From Chloroflexota bacterium (lineage in GTDB: Bacteria > Chloroflexota > Limnocylindria > Limnocylindrales > CSP1-4): a DNA stretch of 64,000 bases. Within the stretch, counting starts at the first letter, position 1, and every line of letters begins with the position of its first letter. The stretch lies in NCBI GenBank assembly GCA_039933295.1, contig JBDTOJ010000047.1:1337-65336 (forward strand). Direction: 5' to 3'. The notes under the pieces were generated by a model. That model searched no databases, was not told the DNA's origin, and saw only the letters and a list, made by a program, of their open reading frames with translations. A program made the translations under genes and the position numbers. This document shows positions 42,139-52,403 of the stretch, piece by piece.

Positions 42139-44370
42139 TCATGCACCAGTCGCGCTGGAGTCGACTCCCAGGCCGCCGGTCGGCGCCGCTCGATCGGCCG
42201 CAACCGCGACCTGGTTCAGCACTTCGACGACCTGCTCCTCGCCGGGGGCCAGATCGATGAGCCAGGACAGCAGGAGCGATGCCCCCTGGTACACGCGCTC
42301 GAAGCCGTCCTCCGAGTTCGAGACCGTCTGGATTGGCGCCCACCAGGCGTCGGCGGCCGGCGACGGACGCGAAACGACCGAGACCCCGAGCCAGTCGTTT
42401 CCCTGGCCGATAGCGTCCACGAGCGCGGCCATGCCCGGTGCATCGTGGGCATGCCGCTCGCCGCGGACCTCGAACCAGGCGGATGGGTTGCCACCGCCGC
42501 CGAGGAGCATCAGCGCCCATTCGATGCCCAACCGGGCCTCGAGGCGCTCGTCACCTGCGTTGCGAATCCGGACCTTGACGCGCAGCGTGGGCGCAAGCCG
42601 CTCGCCGCCGAGCTCCACGACCTTCGTGAGCGTCACGGGAACGCCGCTCGTCCCGGCCCGGACGACGCCGCCCGCCGAGACCACGAGGCGTCGATCCGCG
42701 AGCGCGTCGATCGTGTGGCCCGCGCCGATCAGGGTTCCGAGGTCGGCGATCTCGCCCGCCCCGTAGTCGGCTGGCGCGGCACCCACCGGCAGGAAGCGGA
42801 CCAGCCCCGAACGGCGCTCGTGGTCGTCGTAGGTGAGGTGGTCAGCGAGCCCGGCTTCCTTCGCGCGGAGGACGCCATCGACGGACGACCCTTCGTTCGT
42901 GCCGCCCCCATGGCCCGCGTCGGCCACAGCATCGCCCGTAGCACCCACGGCTGCTGCAGCCCGCGCGCTCCGCTCGATGGCCGCGTGATACGCCTCGGGC
43001 CGGCGACGCAGGACCGATGTCAGCGCGTGGCGCGCGGCACGGATGTCCCAATCGCCGATGCCTGCGCCGTCATCGAGATCGATGGTGACGACCTGCCCGG
43101 CATCGGCCAGGAGGACCTCGTCCCGTCCGTCGAGATCGAGGTCTGCGACCAGCGCGTGGGTCAGGTCATCGGCGGCGGCGTCGGCCAGCGCCTCTGCCTC
43201 GACGAGGTGGCCGACCGTCGCCACCCGCAGGTCCGGCAGGTAGATGCCGCCGAACAGGCCATGCCAGTAGATGTCGTTGGACTGGCCGCGCAGCAGGTGG
43301 TCGTGGGCCTGCTCGCGAAGTGCGCCCGACGGCAACCCATCGACCTTGGCCGACACTCGCAGCATCCGCTTGTGAATGTCGTTGACCTCGCGGTACTTCA
43401 CCTGGAAGTTCCGCCACGAGGCGCCTCGCATCCAGCGCGGTTCGGGTCGCCCCTCCGCGCGATCACGCTCGAGCGTGTGCATGAATGCGCGACCCTCGTC
43501 GGGCAGCAGTGCCCAGGCTCCCATCTCTGCGTAGCTGCTGACCGGGATGTAGACGCGCCCGAGCGGTTGATGGCTGACCAGCCAGTCGGCCGGGGTGGTG
43601 GTGGCGAGCCACTCCGCGTTGTCCTCGAGCGCTTCGAAGAACCGATCCACCCAGCGTTCCTGACCCCAGCACAGTCGCCCGGTCGACGGCCAGGCCCCGA
43701 ACTTTTCGCCGTCGTCACCCATGGTTCCGAGACGAGTGCCATCCTCGGTCGCGTTGTCGCGGAGATGCGCGATGACGTCCTCGACCGGCCGGAACGGGAT
43801 TCGGTTGCGGAGGCCCTGTTCCGAGCCGAAGACGTTGATCAGTTGGCCCTGGTCCTCGGTTGAGTACGGGCCCCACATCGCATCCTCGGCGATGCCCGCG
43901 GCGCGGAAGTGCGAATCGTCAAGAATGGTGGCACGATATCCGGCGGCAACGAGCGCCGTCGGCAGATCTGGTTCCCAGACCCGCTCGGCCAGCCAGGCCG
44001 TCGTCGGCCGACGACCAAAGATCCGCTCGATCTCGTCGGCCATGCGCACGAGCTGAGCGACCCGGTCGCGTTCGGGAATCGATGCGAGGACCGGCTCGAA
44101 GTAGCCGCCTCCCAGGATTTCCACCTGGCCCCGCGCCGCGAGGGCGCGAACGCGGTCGAGGAATTCCGGATGCTCGCGATGCAACCATTCGAGCAGCGGG
44201 CCTGTGTAATGCAGGCCCATCCGGACGCTCGCATGCCGTTCGAGGGCCTCGACCATCGGCAGGTACGCAGCGACGTACGTTTCCTCGATGACCCAGCCGA
44301 AATTGCCGATGGGCTGGTGGTTGTGGAGCGTCAGGGCAAGGGAAATGCGTCGAGCCACCGTCGACTCCAT
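42139..44370 (-). CDS. GH57 family alpha-amylase / 4-alpha-glucanotransferase-like enzyme with C-terminal DUF1925/1926-type domains
   Basis: LALTLHNHQPIGNFGWVIEE is the GH57 opening motif. HYTGPLLEWL and WGQERWVDRFF also match, and the length is 743 aa. Confidence 0.8.
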   Translation of the reverse strand: MESTVARRISLALTLHNHQPIGNFGWVIEETYVAAYLPMVEALERHASVRMGLHYTGPLLEWLHREHPEFLDRVRALAARGQVEILGGGYFEPVLASIPERDRVAQLVRMADEIERIFGRRPTTAWLAERVWEPDLPTALVAAGYRATILDDSHFRAAGIAEDAMWGPYSTEDQGQLINVFGSEQGLRNRIPFRPVEDVIAHLRDNATEDGTRLGTMGDDGEKFGAWPSTGRLCWGQERWVDRFFEALEDNAEWLATTTPADWLVSHQPLGRVYIPVSSYAEMGAWALLPDEGRAFMHTLERDRAEGRPEPRWMRGASWRNFQVKYREVNDIHKRMLRVSAKVDGLPSGALREQAHDHLLRGQSNDIYWHGLFGGIYLPDLRVATVGHLVEAEALADAAADDLTHALVADLDLDGRDEVLLADAGQVVTIDLDDGAGIGDWDIRAARHALTSVLRRRPEAYHAAIERSARAAAAVGATGDAVADAGHGGGTNEGSSVDGVLRAKEAGLADHLTYDDHERRSGLVRFLPVGAAPADYGAGEIADLGTLIGAGHTIDALADRRLVVSAGGVVRAGTSGVPVTLTKVVELGGERLAPTLRVKVRIRNAGDERLEARLGIEWALMLLGGGGNPSAWFEVRGERHAHDAPGMAALVDAIGQGNDWLGVSVVSRPSPAADAWWAPIQTVSNSEDGFERVYQGASLLLSWLIDLAPGEEQVVEVLNQVAVAADRAAPTGGLGVDSSATGA

Positions 44371-44416
44371 GACATCTGGATCTTGACACGGTATAGGCCC
44401 GCTGATACGGTCCAGT

Positions 44417-44438
44417 AAACCGGTTTGCTAAACCGTTT
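44417..44438. promoter_or_regulatory. perfect palindrome AAACCGGTTT plus adjacent near-copy TAAACCGTTT, candidate LacI-family operator
   Basis: aaaccggtttgctaaaccgttt lies in the GH57/LacI divergent region. On the minus strand it overlaps a plausible -35 (TTTACT), then 18 nt, then TATACC, for the GH57 gene. Confidence 0.45.
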
Positions 44439-44515
44439 TTCAGGTTCGCGGCCCGATCATACACGGTGGCCCGACCGCTCGGTTCCGAGAGGATCTCGGA
44501 GGCCTTGGAGGCGAG

Positions 44516-45592
44516 GTGGAGCAGGCGACGCGACGATCGACGATCGCGGATGTGGCGCGCGCCGCGGGCGTATCGAAGGCCGCCGTTTCCTTCGCTTTCA
44601 ACACGCCCGAACGCCTCAGCTCGGACACGGTTGCGCGCATTCGCGGCGTCGCGGCCGGGCTCGACTATCGACCGGATCCGGTCGCCCGGATGCTTGCCCA
44701 AGGGCGGACCGGGACGGTCGGAATCCTGACGCCCCAGGCCCTTGACGTCATCTTCGCGAACCCGTACTTCGGTGAGTTCGCAGCCGGCGTCGCGACCGCT
44801 GCGGAGGCGGCCGGACTCGCAGTGCAGTTCATCTCACCACTCCATGGGTCGCTGGCGCGCGCCGTGGACCGAGCAAGTGTGGACGGGATCATCGCTGTCG
44901 GGTTGGGCGCCGATCATCCCGAGATCGGCCAGATCCGGCGTTCCGGCATTCCGTACATCCTTGTCGATTCGACCGCGCTGCCGGATGAGCCGGCCATCGT
45001 CGTCGACGACGAAGCTGGCGCTCGCGCCGCTGCAGCTCATCTGGTCACCCTCGGTCATCGCAGGTTGCTCGTCATCGGCATCGAGCCGCCATCGGCCGGA
45101 GCCGCCGCCGAGCCCGCCTGGGTGACGTCGCGCCGCCTGCGCGGATACCGAGCCGCCGCAGGCGATGCGGGGATCGCGATCCAGGAAGACGCTGTCGTGC
45201 TCGGTCCGGCCAGCATGGAAGGCGGCATCGAGGCATTTCACCAGGCCTGGGCGGCCGGCCAGCGCCCGACCGCGGTCCTCGCCATGAGCGATGCGATGGC
45301 AATTGGCGCTATGCGAGCTGCTCGGGAGCTGGGCCTGCGCGTGCCGGCCGACCTGTCTGTCGTCGGGTTCGATGATCTCAACGTGGCGCAATACACCGAT
45401 CCGCCGCTGACCACCGTCAATCAGCCGAACCGCCAGAAGGGCGAAGAGGCGGTCCGCCTCGTCATCGACGGAGGGACTCGCCGGAACCCGCTGGAGCCGG
45501 CCCAGCACCAATTTGCCACGCACCTTGTCGTCCGCGGGTCCACCGCCATCGTGCCGCCGTTGCGGCAGGAGGTGCCCGACAGCAAGGCGTGA
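44516..45592 (+). CDS. LacI family transcriptional regulator
   Basis: STIADVARAAGVSKAAVSFAFN HTH, followed by a PBP1-type core. GTG start is preceded by GGAGG. Confidence 0.9.
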   Translation: MEQATRRSTIADVARAAGVSKAAVSFAFNTPERLSSDTVARIRGVAAGLDYRPDPVARMLAQGRTGTVGILTPQALDVIFANPYFGEFAAGVATAAEAAGLAVQFISPLHGSLARAVDRASVDGIIAVGLGADHPEIGQIRRSGIPYILVDSTALPDEPAIVVDDEAGARAAAAHLVTLGHRRLLVIGIEPPSAGAAAEPAWVTSRRLRGYRAAAGDAGIAIQEDAVVLGPASMEGGIEAFHQAWAAGQRPTAVLAMSDAMAIGAMRAARELGLRVPADLSVVGFDDLNVAQYTDPPLTTVNQPNRQKGEEAVRLVIDGGTRRNPLEPAQHQFATHLVVRGSTAIVPPLRQEVPDSKA

Positions 45593-45719
45593 AGCCATGG
45601 ATTGGTCCGCATCCGTCGGACCAGACATGCGTAGTGGGCCTCGATGCGACCGAGACCCGGGATCCCGGGCCGGACGATCCGGTTCGAGATCATCGCTAGT
45701 TGGAGGAGAAACCCGAATC

Positions 45720-46958
45720 ATGAAGACACGCAAGCGCTTCCTGGCGCTGCTCGGTGTCGTCGCGATCATCGCGGCGGCATGTGGAGGCGGCGCCAGTACC
45801 GCACCGACGACCGCACCGAGCACGGGCAGCACGCCCGCACCAACCGATGCGGGGATGACCCCGCTGACCGGATCGTTGACCATCTGGCACGCCTACGGTT
45901 CGTCCGGCGGATCTGCCGAGTTCCGCGCCTTCACCCGGATCCTCGAGGATCTGAAGGCCAAGTACCCGGACCTGACAGTCGACGCCGTCGAAGTCAAGTT
46001 CGATGACCTCTACAAGAACTTCGAGGCCGAGTCCGGTGCCGGTGGTGGCCCGGACATGTTCATCGGCCCGAACGACAGCCTCGGCGCAGAAGCCCGTGGC
46101 AAGTACCTCGTGGATCTGACCGGCAAGATTGATGATGTCCTCGGTAACTCGATCGACGTCGCTGTCGCCGGCTCCAAGGTCGACGGGGCCGTCTACATGG
46201 TCCCCGAATCCCTCAAGGCCGTGGCCATGTACTACGACACCGCAAAGGTGGCAACACCTCCGACCACGACTGACGAGCTCCTCGCCTACGTCAAGGGCGG
46301 CGGCAAGGTGGGCATGATCACGGGCGCCTACTTCGGCTGGGGCCTGTACTCCGCCTTCGGCGGCAAGATCTTCGACGACGCCGGCAAGTGCGTCGCCGAC
46401 GCCAACAGCGGCGTGGCCGATGCCCTGGCATTCGCCAAGCAGCTCAAGGATGCCGGTGGGCTCGTTGACTCCGACTACGGCAAGGTCAACGACGCCTTCG
46501 TCAACGGCCAGATCGACATCATGTTCAACGGCAACTGGACGCTCGGCGACTACAAGTCGGCGCGCTCCGGGGTTGCTGTTGCCCCGATGGTCGCTGGTCC
46601 CGGCGGCCCGGCCAAGACCATGGCCGGCGTCGACGGTTGGTACATCAACGCGGCTTCCAAGAACATCGACCTCGCCATCGCGGTCGCCAAGGAGCTCGTC
46701 TCCTCGTCGGCACAGCGAACGTACGTCGATATCGCCGGCCACGTGCCGGCCGCCAAGGACGTGACCGTCCTCGATCCGCTCGTGAAGGGCTTCACGGACG
46801 CGATCCTGCTGGGTGACGCCCGACCGCAGTTCGAGCAGATCGGAAACTACTGGGGCCCATTCGGCGACGCATGGTCCAAGGCAGTTCCGGACGACGGCTC
46901 CGCCGGTGGCGACCCCGCGGCCCTCGTGGCCACGGCGTGCACCACGCTCGGGAAGTAG
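45720..46958 (+). CDS. CUT1 sugar ABC transporter substrate-binding lipoprotein (maltose/maltodextrin-type by context)
   Basis: Lipobox MKTRKRFLALLGVVAIIAAAC. MalE-like blocks LTIWHAYG, PDMFIGPND and MFNGNWTLGDY. GGAGGAG SD lies upstream of ATG 45720. Confidence 0.8.
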   Translation: MKTRKRFLALLGVVAIIAAACGGGASTAPTTAPSTGSTPAPTDAGMTPLTGSLTIWHAYGSSGGSAEFRAFTRILEDLKAKYPDLTVDAVEVKFDDLYKNFEAESGAGGGPDMFIGPNDSLGAEARGKYLVDLTGKIDDVLGNSIDVAVAGSKVDGAVYMVPESLKAVAMYYDTAKVATPPTTTDELLAYVKGGGKVGMITGAYFGWGLYSAFGGKIFDDAGKCVADANSGVADALAFAKQLKDAGGLVDSDYGKVNDAFVNGQIDIMFNGNWTLGDYKSARSGVAVAPMVAGPGGPAKTMAGVDGWYINAASKNIDLAIAVAKELVSSSAQRTYVDIAGHVPAAKDVTVLDPLVKGFTDAILLGDARPQFEQIGNYWGPFGDAWSKAVPDDGSAGGDPAALVATACTTLGK

Positions 46959-47007
46959 CCGCGCACATCAGTCAGTGAACTCCCGACCCTTCGGGTCTGG
47001 ATCGGTC

Positions 47008-47035
47008 GGACGGGGCGTCATCTGGCGCCCCGTCC
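47008..47035 (+). promoter_or_regulatory. 10-bp GC stem-loop GGACGGGGCG / CGCCCCGTCC between the binding-protein and permease genes
   Basis: ggacggggcgtcatctggcgccccgtcc. A smaller hairpin GACCC-ttc-GGGTC lies at 46985-46997. No T-run follows. Confidence 0.55.
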
Positions 47036-47076
47036 GGCGTACGCTGTGGCAGATCAGGTAACCCGAGGGAAGTTTC

Positions 47077-48120
47077 GTGGCCGATGCGATGGTCTCCAAA
47101 CGCTCGCTGATGTCCCGTCTCGTGGGAACGGGGCGATCGAGCCGGATCGCCTACCTGTATCTCGTCCCGGCCTTCCTCGTGATGAGCATCATCACGATCT
47201 ACCCGCTCGCCTTCCAGGTCTGGATGTCGTTCACGGACATGCAGCTGATCCACCTGAATCTTCGACTCGGCCTGACGCCGGATTTCGTGGGCCTCAAGAA
47301 CTACGTCGATGTCATCGCGAGTCAGCTCGCCATTCCGAACTACAACTTCTTCCGGATCGTGATCTACAACCTGTGGTGGGCGATCACGAATGTGGCAATC
47401 CACCTCGTCCTGGGGGTCGGGATAGCCCTCCTCCTGAACGTCAAGGGCCTCAAGTTCCGCAAGTTCTACCGAGCGATGTTCATCCTGCCCGTGGTCATCC
47501 CACCGATCATCGTGGCGACGGTCTGGGCGAACATGTTCGACGCCCAGAACGGAGCGATCAACCTGCTCATCGCGGCCATGGGTCGGTTCCTGGGCATGTC
47601 GCCCGAGGTCTTCCATATCGACTGGCTACGCCAGGTCCAATCACCGATCGACTGGCTGCTGCCGTCGTGGAGTGGCGGCCCCAACCTGTCCCTGCCGCTG
47701 GCCTTCTACGCCATGCTGGCAACGAACACCTGGCTGGGCTGGCCGCTCAACTCGGTCGTCGCGACAGGGGCGCTACAGAGCATTCCGCACGAGCTCTACG
47801 AAGCTGCCGAGATCGATGGCGCTTCGTCGGGCCAGCGGTTCCGCCACATCACGCTTGCCTACCTTCGGCCGGCGATGATCCCGTACGCGATCTACGGGTT
47901 CGTGATCACGTTCAACCTGTTCTTCCTCTCGTTCTTCATGTCGGGCGGCGGACCGGCGGGCAGGACCGAACTGCTCGTCACACAGGCATATCGGCTGGCC
48001 AACGAGCAGCGCCTCTACGGTGTCGCGGCCGCCTTTGCGGTGATCATGTTCTTTATCCTCCTCGCGATCACGCTCGTCGCGAACCGCCTGACCAAGGCGA
48101 CCCAGAGCTACAGCCTGTGA
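47077..48120 (+). CDS. CUT1 sugar ABC transporter permease (MalF-like)
   Basis: Six-TM pattern with EAA loop LYEAAEIDGASSGQRFRHITL. Confidence 0.85.
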   Translation: MADAMVSKRSLMSRLVGTGRSSRIAYLYLVPAFLVMSIITIYPLAFQVWMSFTDMQLIHLNLRLGLTPDFVGLKNYVDVIASQLAIPNYNFFRIVIYNLWWAITNVAIHLVLGVGIALLLNVKGLKFRKFYRAMFILPVVIPPIIVATVWANMFDAQNGAINLLIAAMGRFLGMSPEVFHIDWLRQVQSPIDWLLPSWSGGPNLSLPLAFYAMLATNTWLGWPLNSVVATGALQSIPHELYEAAEIDGASSGQRFRHITLAYLRPAMIPYAIYGFVITFNLFFLSFFMSGGGPAGRTELLVTQAYRLANEQRLYGVAAAFAVIMFFILLAITLVANRLTKATQSYSL

Positions 48121-48130
48121 GGTCGGAACG

Positions 48131-49075
48131 ATGACGGCACCAGCGCTCAGCAGCCAGAAATCACGATCCAGGTTCGCGCTCTGGAGCCGACGGGATCAGC
48201 CCGGGCTCGTCCGTCAGTTCGGGCTCCAGATCCTGTGCCTGATCGTCCTGTTCACGGTGCTGTTCCCGATCGTCTGGGTCGTGAGCCTGTCTCTCGATCC
48301 ACTTAACCGATCGAGGCCGCTCGGGCTGAACATCATCCCGCCCGGGGCTACGCTCGAGGCGTACGCGCAGGTATTTCGCCAACCAACGAACAATGCCATC
48401 ACCTTCCTCGAACTCACGCTCAACAGCCTCAAGATCGCGCTCGGGACGTCGCTGATTTCGGTGGCGATCGGCGTGTCCGCGGCGTACGCGTTCTCGCGCC
48501 TCACGTTCACGGGGCGGCAGGTCTTGATGATTGCGATCCTCGGCGTCCTGATGCTGCCGGCGGTCGCAACATTGGTGCCCCTGTTCGTGCTGCTCAACTC
48601 GGTCCGGATCGATCTCCCGATCGTCGGTGCTTTCAACCTCCGGCAGTCGCTGCTCGGTGTCGGACTCGCTATCGTCTCGGGCCTGCTGCCATTTGCCATC
48701 TGGAACCTGAAGGGCTATCTGGACACGATCCCCAGGGACCTCGAGGAGGCGGCGGCCGTGGACGGCGCCAGCGTGAACCAGACCTTCCTCCAGATCATCC
48801 TGCCGCTCGCCGTCCCGGCCCTGGCCGTGACGGCGTTCCTCGGCTTCATCGCCGGCTGGACGGAGTTCTACTTCACCTCGACGTTCCTGTCCGGCAACGT
48901 AAAGGACCACACGCTCGCCCTTGCCCTCAATGCCATGGTCGGCCAGTTCTCGAGTACGCCATGGTCGTTGTTCTCGGCCTTCGCCATCCTGTTCGCCGTC
49001 CCGCCGGCCATCGTCTACTTCATCGTCCAGCGCTGGATCACGTCCGGCCTGGCGATCGGCGGGGTCAAGGGTTGA
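48131..49075 (+). CDS. CUT1 sugar ABC transporter permease (MalG-like)
   Basis: EAA loop LEEAAAVDGASVNQTFLQIILP. Six TM spans. Confidence 0.85.
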   Translation: MTAPALSSQKSRSRFALWSRRDQPGLVRQFGLQILCLIVLFTVLFPIVWVVSLSLDPLNRSRPLGLNIIPPGATLEAYAQVFRQPTNNAITFLELTLNSLKIALGTSLISVAIGVSAAYAFSRLTFTGRQVLMIAILGVLMLPAVATLVPLFVLLNSVRIDLPIVGAFNLRQSLLGVGLAIVSGLLPFAIWNLKGYLDTIPRDLEEAAAVDGASVNQTFLQIILPLAVPALAVTAFLGFIAGWTEFYFTSTFLSGNVKDHTLALALNAMVGQFSSTPWSLFSAFAILFAVPPAIVYFIVQRWITSGLAIGGVKG

Positions 49076-50810
49076 GCGCGATGACGACCGTGGTGAACGC
49101 GGGGACTCGCGGGAGCGGTACGTAGTCGCTCAGGCCACCGTCCGGACCGATGACGGGATCCGCGGCCACCAGGGTTGCGTCGCCGGAAACCGATTGATAG
49201 ACAATGCTGGCACGGGGTCGGCCGCAGATGGGCCCCGACGCGAGGTTCAGCGTTGGCGATTCCACAGGTCGGTCGCCGAGGTTCTGGATGACCAGAGCGC
49301 TGCTCCCGCCGTCCGAGCGCAGGGTGACCGCCAGATCGCGGCGGGTGACATCAACGCGCCAGGCGCCGCCCCGGTGCAGTGCCGGCACGAGATTCCGGAC
49401 ATTGAGCATGGTCCGGTAGGTAGTGAGGAGGGAGCCAGCGTCGTCCGATTCCGAAGCCACGTTCACGGCGTCCGGACTCGGTCCGAACGGCTCCCAGGGC
49501 GAACCGGTGGTGAACCCGTAGCCGGGGCCCGTCGGAGTCCAGGGGAACGGGGTCCGGATGTCTTCGTCGGGCTTGGTGCCCTGCAGGCCGAGTTCCTCGC
49601 CGTAATAGATGAACGGAACACCGGGGCTGGTCAGGAGCGCCTCCCCGGCCAGGCCTGCCGCGACGCGGTTGCCGCGGAGCTCGGTCATCGTCCGAGGCTG
49701 ATCGTGATTCGTGAGGAACGTCGCGACGCCTCCGGTCGGGTATCGACCGGCGAGTTCAGCGATCCCCGAGGTCAGGGTCGCGGCGTCTCCGAGCCGGGCC
49801 GCGCTGAGAGCGGCCGGCCCGAAGCCGAAGTCGAACGCCATGTCGAGCGACCCGCCCGCGACATAGCTCGAGGTCACCACGCGTGGGTCCCAGACCTCGC
49901 CGAGGACGAGCGCATCGGGGTCCGTCGCGTGAACGGCGTCCCGGAACGAGGACAGCCAGTCCATCGTTTCGGGGGTGTTGGTCTGCGCCGTCGGCCCGGT
50001 TTCGATCAGGTGCTTGGCGGCGTCCAGCCGAAATCCATCGACACCACGGTCCAGCCACAGCCGAGCAATGCGCTCGAGCTCCGCCGTGACCGCAGGATTG
50101 GTCAAGTTGAGGTCCGGCATTCCTGCCCCAAAGGCGCCGTAATACCAGCCGGACGGGGTCTGGTGCCAGGGCGAGCCGCCAGCGACAGCGGGCCAGCCGG
50201 GATCGCTGTCGCGCCAGACATACCAGTCTCGATGAAGCCCACCCGCGAGCGCGTCCCGGAACCACGGATGGTCCATCGAGGTGTGGTTGATCACCAGATC
50301 GAGGATCACCTTCAGATCACGGCGGTGCGCCGCGTCGATGAACGCCGCGAACGACGCGAGATCGCCGTACCGAGGATCGACCTGCTCGTAGTCGATGACG
50401 TCGTAACCGTGATAGCTGGCCGACGCGAAGATGGGCATCAGCCAGACGCCGCCAACACCGAGGTCGTCGCCCGTCCCGGCCGCTCCATCGCTGAGGTAGT
50501 CGAGGTGGGCCGTCAGGCCTCGGAGATCGCCGATACCATTCCCGTCAGCGTCGGCGAATGAGCGAACGAAGATTTCGTAGAAGGCGCGATTGGTCCACCA
50601 TCCGCCTGGCTGGAGGGGCATCGGCGTCGGGAGCGGGCAATCAGGTGACGTTGCGCCAGACCCGCTCGGTCCTGGCGACGTTGCCGGAGCACCTGTCGGT
50701 TCGGAAGACCCGCAGCCAACGCCGATCAGTGAAAGTGCCGCTGTCAACAGGATCAGACGGGCGAATCCCGCGCCCGGCCAGATCGATCCGCCCAATGACC
50801 GCATCAACAC
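49065..50810 (-). CDS. secreted GH13 alpha-amylase family lipoprotein
   Basis: Lipobox LSLIGVGC. GH13 regions FYEIFVRSFADADGNGIGDL, GFRLDAAKH, LGEVW and FLTNHDQPR. The start is GTG 50810 or ATG 50804. Confidence 0.85.
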   Translation of the reverse strand: MLMRSLGGSIWPGAGFARLILLTAALSLIGVGCGSSEPTGAPATSPGPSGSGATSPDCPLPTPMPLQPGGWWTNRAFYEIFVRSFADADGNGIGDLRGLTAHLDYLSDGAAGTGDDLGVGGVWLMPIFASASYHGYDVIDYEQVDPRYGDLASFAAFIDAAHRRDLKVILDLVINHTSMDHPWFRDALAGGLHRDWYVWRDSDPGWPAVAGGSPWHQTPSGWYYGAFGAGMPDLNLTNPAVTAELERIARLWLDRGVDGFRLDAAKHLIETGPTAQTNTPETMDWLSSFRDAVHATDPDALVLGEVWDPRVVTSSYVAGGSLDMAFDFGFGPAALSAARLGDAATLTSGIAELAGRYPTGGVATFLTNHDQPRTMTELRGNRVAAGLAGEALLTSPGVPFIYYGEELGLQGTKPDEDIRTPFPWTPTGPGYGFTTGSPWEPFGPSPDAVNVASESDDAGSLLTTYRTMLNVRNLVPALHRGGAWRVDVTRRDLAVTLRSDGGSSALVIQNLGDRPVESPTLNLASGPICGRPRASIVYQSVSGDATLVAADPVIGPDGGLSDYVPLPRVPAFTTVVIALNP

Positions 50811-50909
50811 AGGAGCATGTGAACCGGTGAATCAACGTTCATGCGCCAACGAGTATGTCACTCCGGCCCCGCCAACTGACCGGGTCGCAGCCCAGTCGGC
50901 GCCGACGCG

Positions 50910-52397
50910 ATGACCTCTGAGGCGCCGAGCTGGGCGCGGGACGCCATCTTCTATCAGGTCTTTCCGGACCGGTTCGCGTCAAGTTCCCGAGTTCCGGACC
51001 CGGGGGTGATGGAGCCGTGGGCTGCTCTCCCGACCCTGCATGGCTTCAAGGGCGGCGATCTGCTCGGCCTCGCCGGCCGGCTCGATGAACTCGTTGACCT
51101 CGGGATCACGGCCCTCTACCTGAACCCGATCTTCACCGCAGCCTCGAACCATCGCTACAACACCTACGACTTCATGGCAGTCGACCCGCTTCTCGGCGGG
51201 GACGCTGCGCTTCGCGAGCTGCTGGATCGGGCCCACGAACGCGGCATTCGGGTGATCCTCGATGGCGTCTTCAATCACGCCGGCCGCGGCTTCTGGCCGT
51301 TCCAGCACGTGATCGAATCCGGCGGAGCCTCGCCCTACCGGGACTGGTTCTACCTCGACGGCGATGTCCTTGACGGTAGCCGGAGCGTACTGGTGGACGA
51401 GCACCTGTGCGGTGAGCCGGGCACGCGTGGCTACCGATCCTGGTGGGACGTCCCGGGCCTCCCGAAACTCAGAGTGGAGCATCCCCCGGTCCGCGAGTAC
51501 CTGATGCAGGTCGTGGAGCATTGGACGCGGTTCGGCATCGACGGCTGGCGGCTCGACGTGCCCCAGGACATCGAGGATCCGACCTTCTGGCCGGAGTTCC
51601 GGTCTCGCGTCCGGGCGATCAACCCGGAGGCCTATCTCGTTGGCGAGATCTGGGTCGATGCCCCGGAATGGTTGACCGGCGAGCGCTTCGATGCCCTGAT
51701 GAACTACCCGCTCACGATGGCCATCCTCGGGTTCGTCGGGGGACCGCACCTCGATCTCGGCCTCGCCGCCGGCCAGCAGAACTACCGGGACAACCTCGTT
51801 GCCCTTGATGGCCCGGGGTTCGCGGCGAAGCTCGTCCGCAACCTCACGATGAACCGGCCCGAGGCGACGGCGGTCCAGTTCAACCTGCTCGGCAGCCACG
51901 ACGCGCCGCGTGCCATGTCCGTCCTGAGCGAGGACGCCGTTCGACTCCGGATCGCGACACTCCTGCAGCTGAGCCTGCCGGGCACGCCTTCCATCTACTA
52001 CGGCGACGAGCTGGCGATGAGCGGCGGCCCGGATCCTGATTGCCGCCGATCCTTTCCGGAACGTCTCGCCGATGCCGGCGACGCCGCCCTCGACCACCGT
52101 GCCTACGTGCGATCCGCAATCGCCGCTCGGCGGGACGCCGTGGCACTTCGGCGCGGCAACGCGTCAGTTGTGGCTGCCGCTGGGCGGGCGATCGCCCTTG
52201 CTCGGAATGCGGATGGGCATCACGGCCTCGTTTTGGTCAATGCCGGGGACGAGACTCAGACGCTCGAACTGGGTCGCGATCGGCTGGCCGGGCTCGATGA
52301 ACGCGAGGAGCTGACGATCGGGCGCTTCGTAATCGGGGAGGATCAGGAAACGGTGATGCTCGATCCTCGGAGCGCGGCGGTCCTGCTGGGCGACTGA
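50910..52397 (+). CDS. cytoplasmic GH13 alpha-glycosidase (neopullulanase / cyclomaltodextrinase-like)
   Basis: IFYQVFPDRF, GGDLLGLAGRLDELVDLGITALYLNPIF, GWRLDVPQD, VGEIW, and LLGSHDAPR. Confidence 0.85.
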   Translation: MTSEAPSWARDAIFYQVFPDRFASSSRVPDPGVMEPWAALPTLHGFKGGDLLGLAGRLDELVDLGITALYLNPIFTAASNHRYNTYDFMAVDPLLGGDAALRELLDRAHERGIRVILDGVFNHAGRGFWPFQHVIESGGASPYRDWFYLDGDVLDGSRSVLVDEHLCGEPGTRGYRSWWDVPGLPKLRVEHPPVREYLMQVVEHWTRFGIDGWRLDVPQDIEDPTFWPEFRSRVRAINPEAYLVGEIWVDAPEWLTGERFDALMNYPLTMAILGFVGGPHLDLGLAAGQQNYRDNLVALDGPGFAAKLVRNLTMNRPEATAVQFNLLGSHDAPRAMSVLSEDAVRLRIATLLQLSLPGTPSIYYGDELAMSGGPDPDCRRSFPERLADAGDAALDHRAYVRSAIAARRDAVALRRGNASVVAAAGRAIALARNADGHHGLVLVNAGDETQTLELGRDRLAGLDEREELTIGRFVIGEDQETVMLDPRSAAVLLGD

Positions 52398-52403
52398 CCC
52401 GCC

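Noticed and set aside
42094-43863. 589-aa plus-strand ORF
   Set aside because: It is antisense to the GH57 gene, whose LHNHQP.GNF and downstream blocks are unambiguous. The composition is low-complexity Arg/Gly/Pro.
45676-45700. tRNA-like T-loop string GGTTCGAGATC upstream of the CUT1 binding-protein gene
   Set aside because: The flanking bases cannot form a 5-bp T-stem, and no acceptor, D or anticodon arms can be drawn. I found no tRNA anywhere in the window.
48921-50561. 546-aa plus-strand ORF
   Set aside because: It is antisense to the secreted GH13 gene, which carries all four GH13 conserved regions. It is a shadow ORF.
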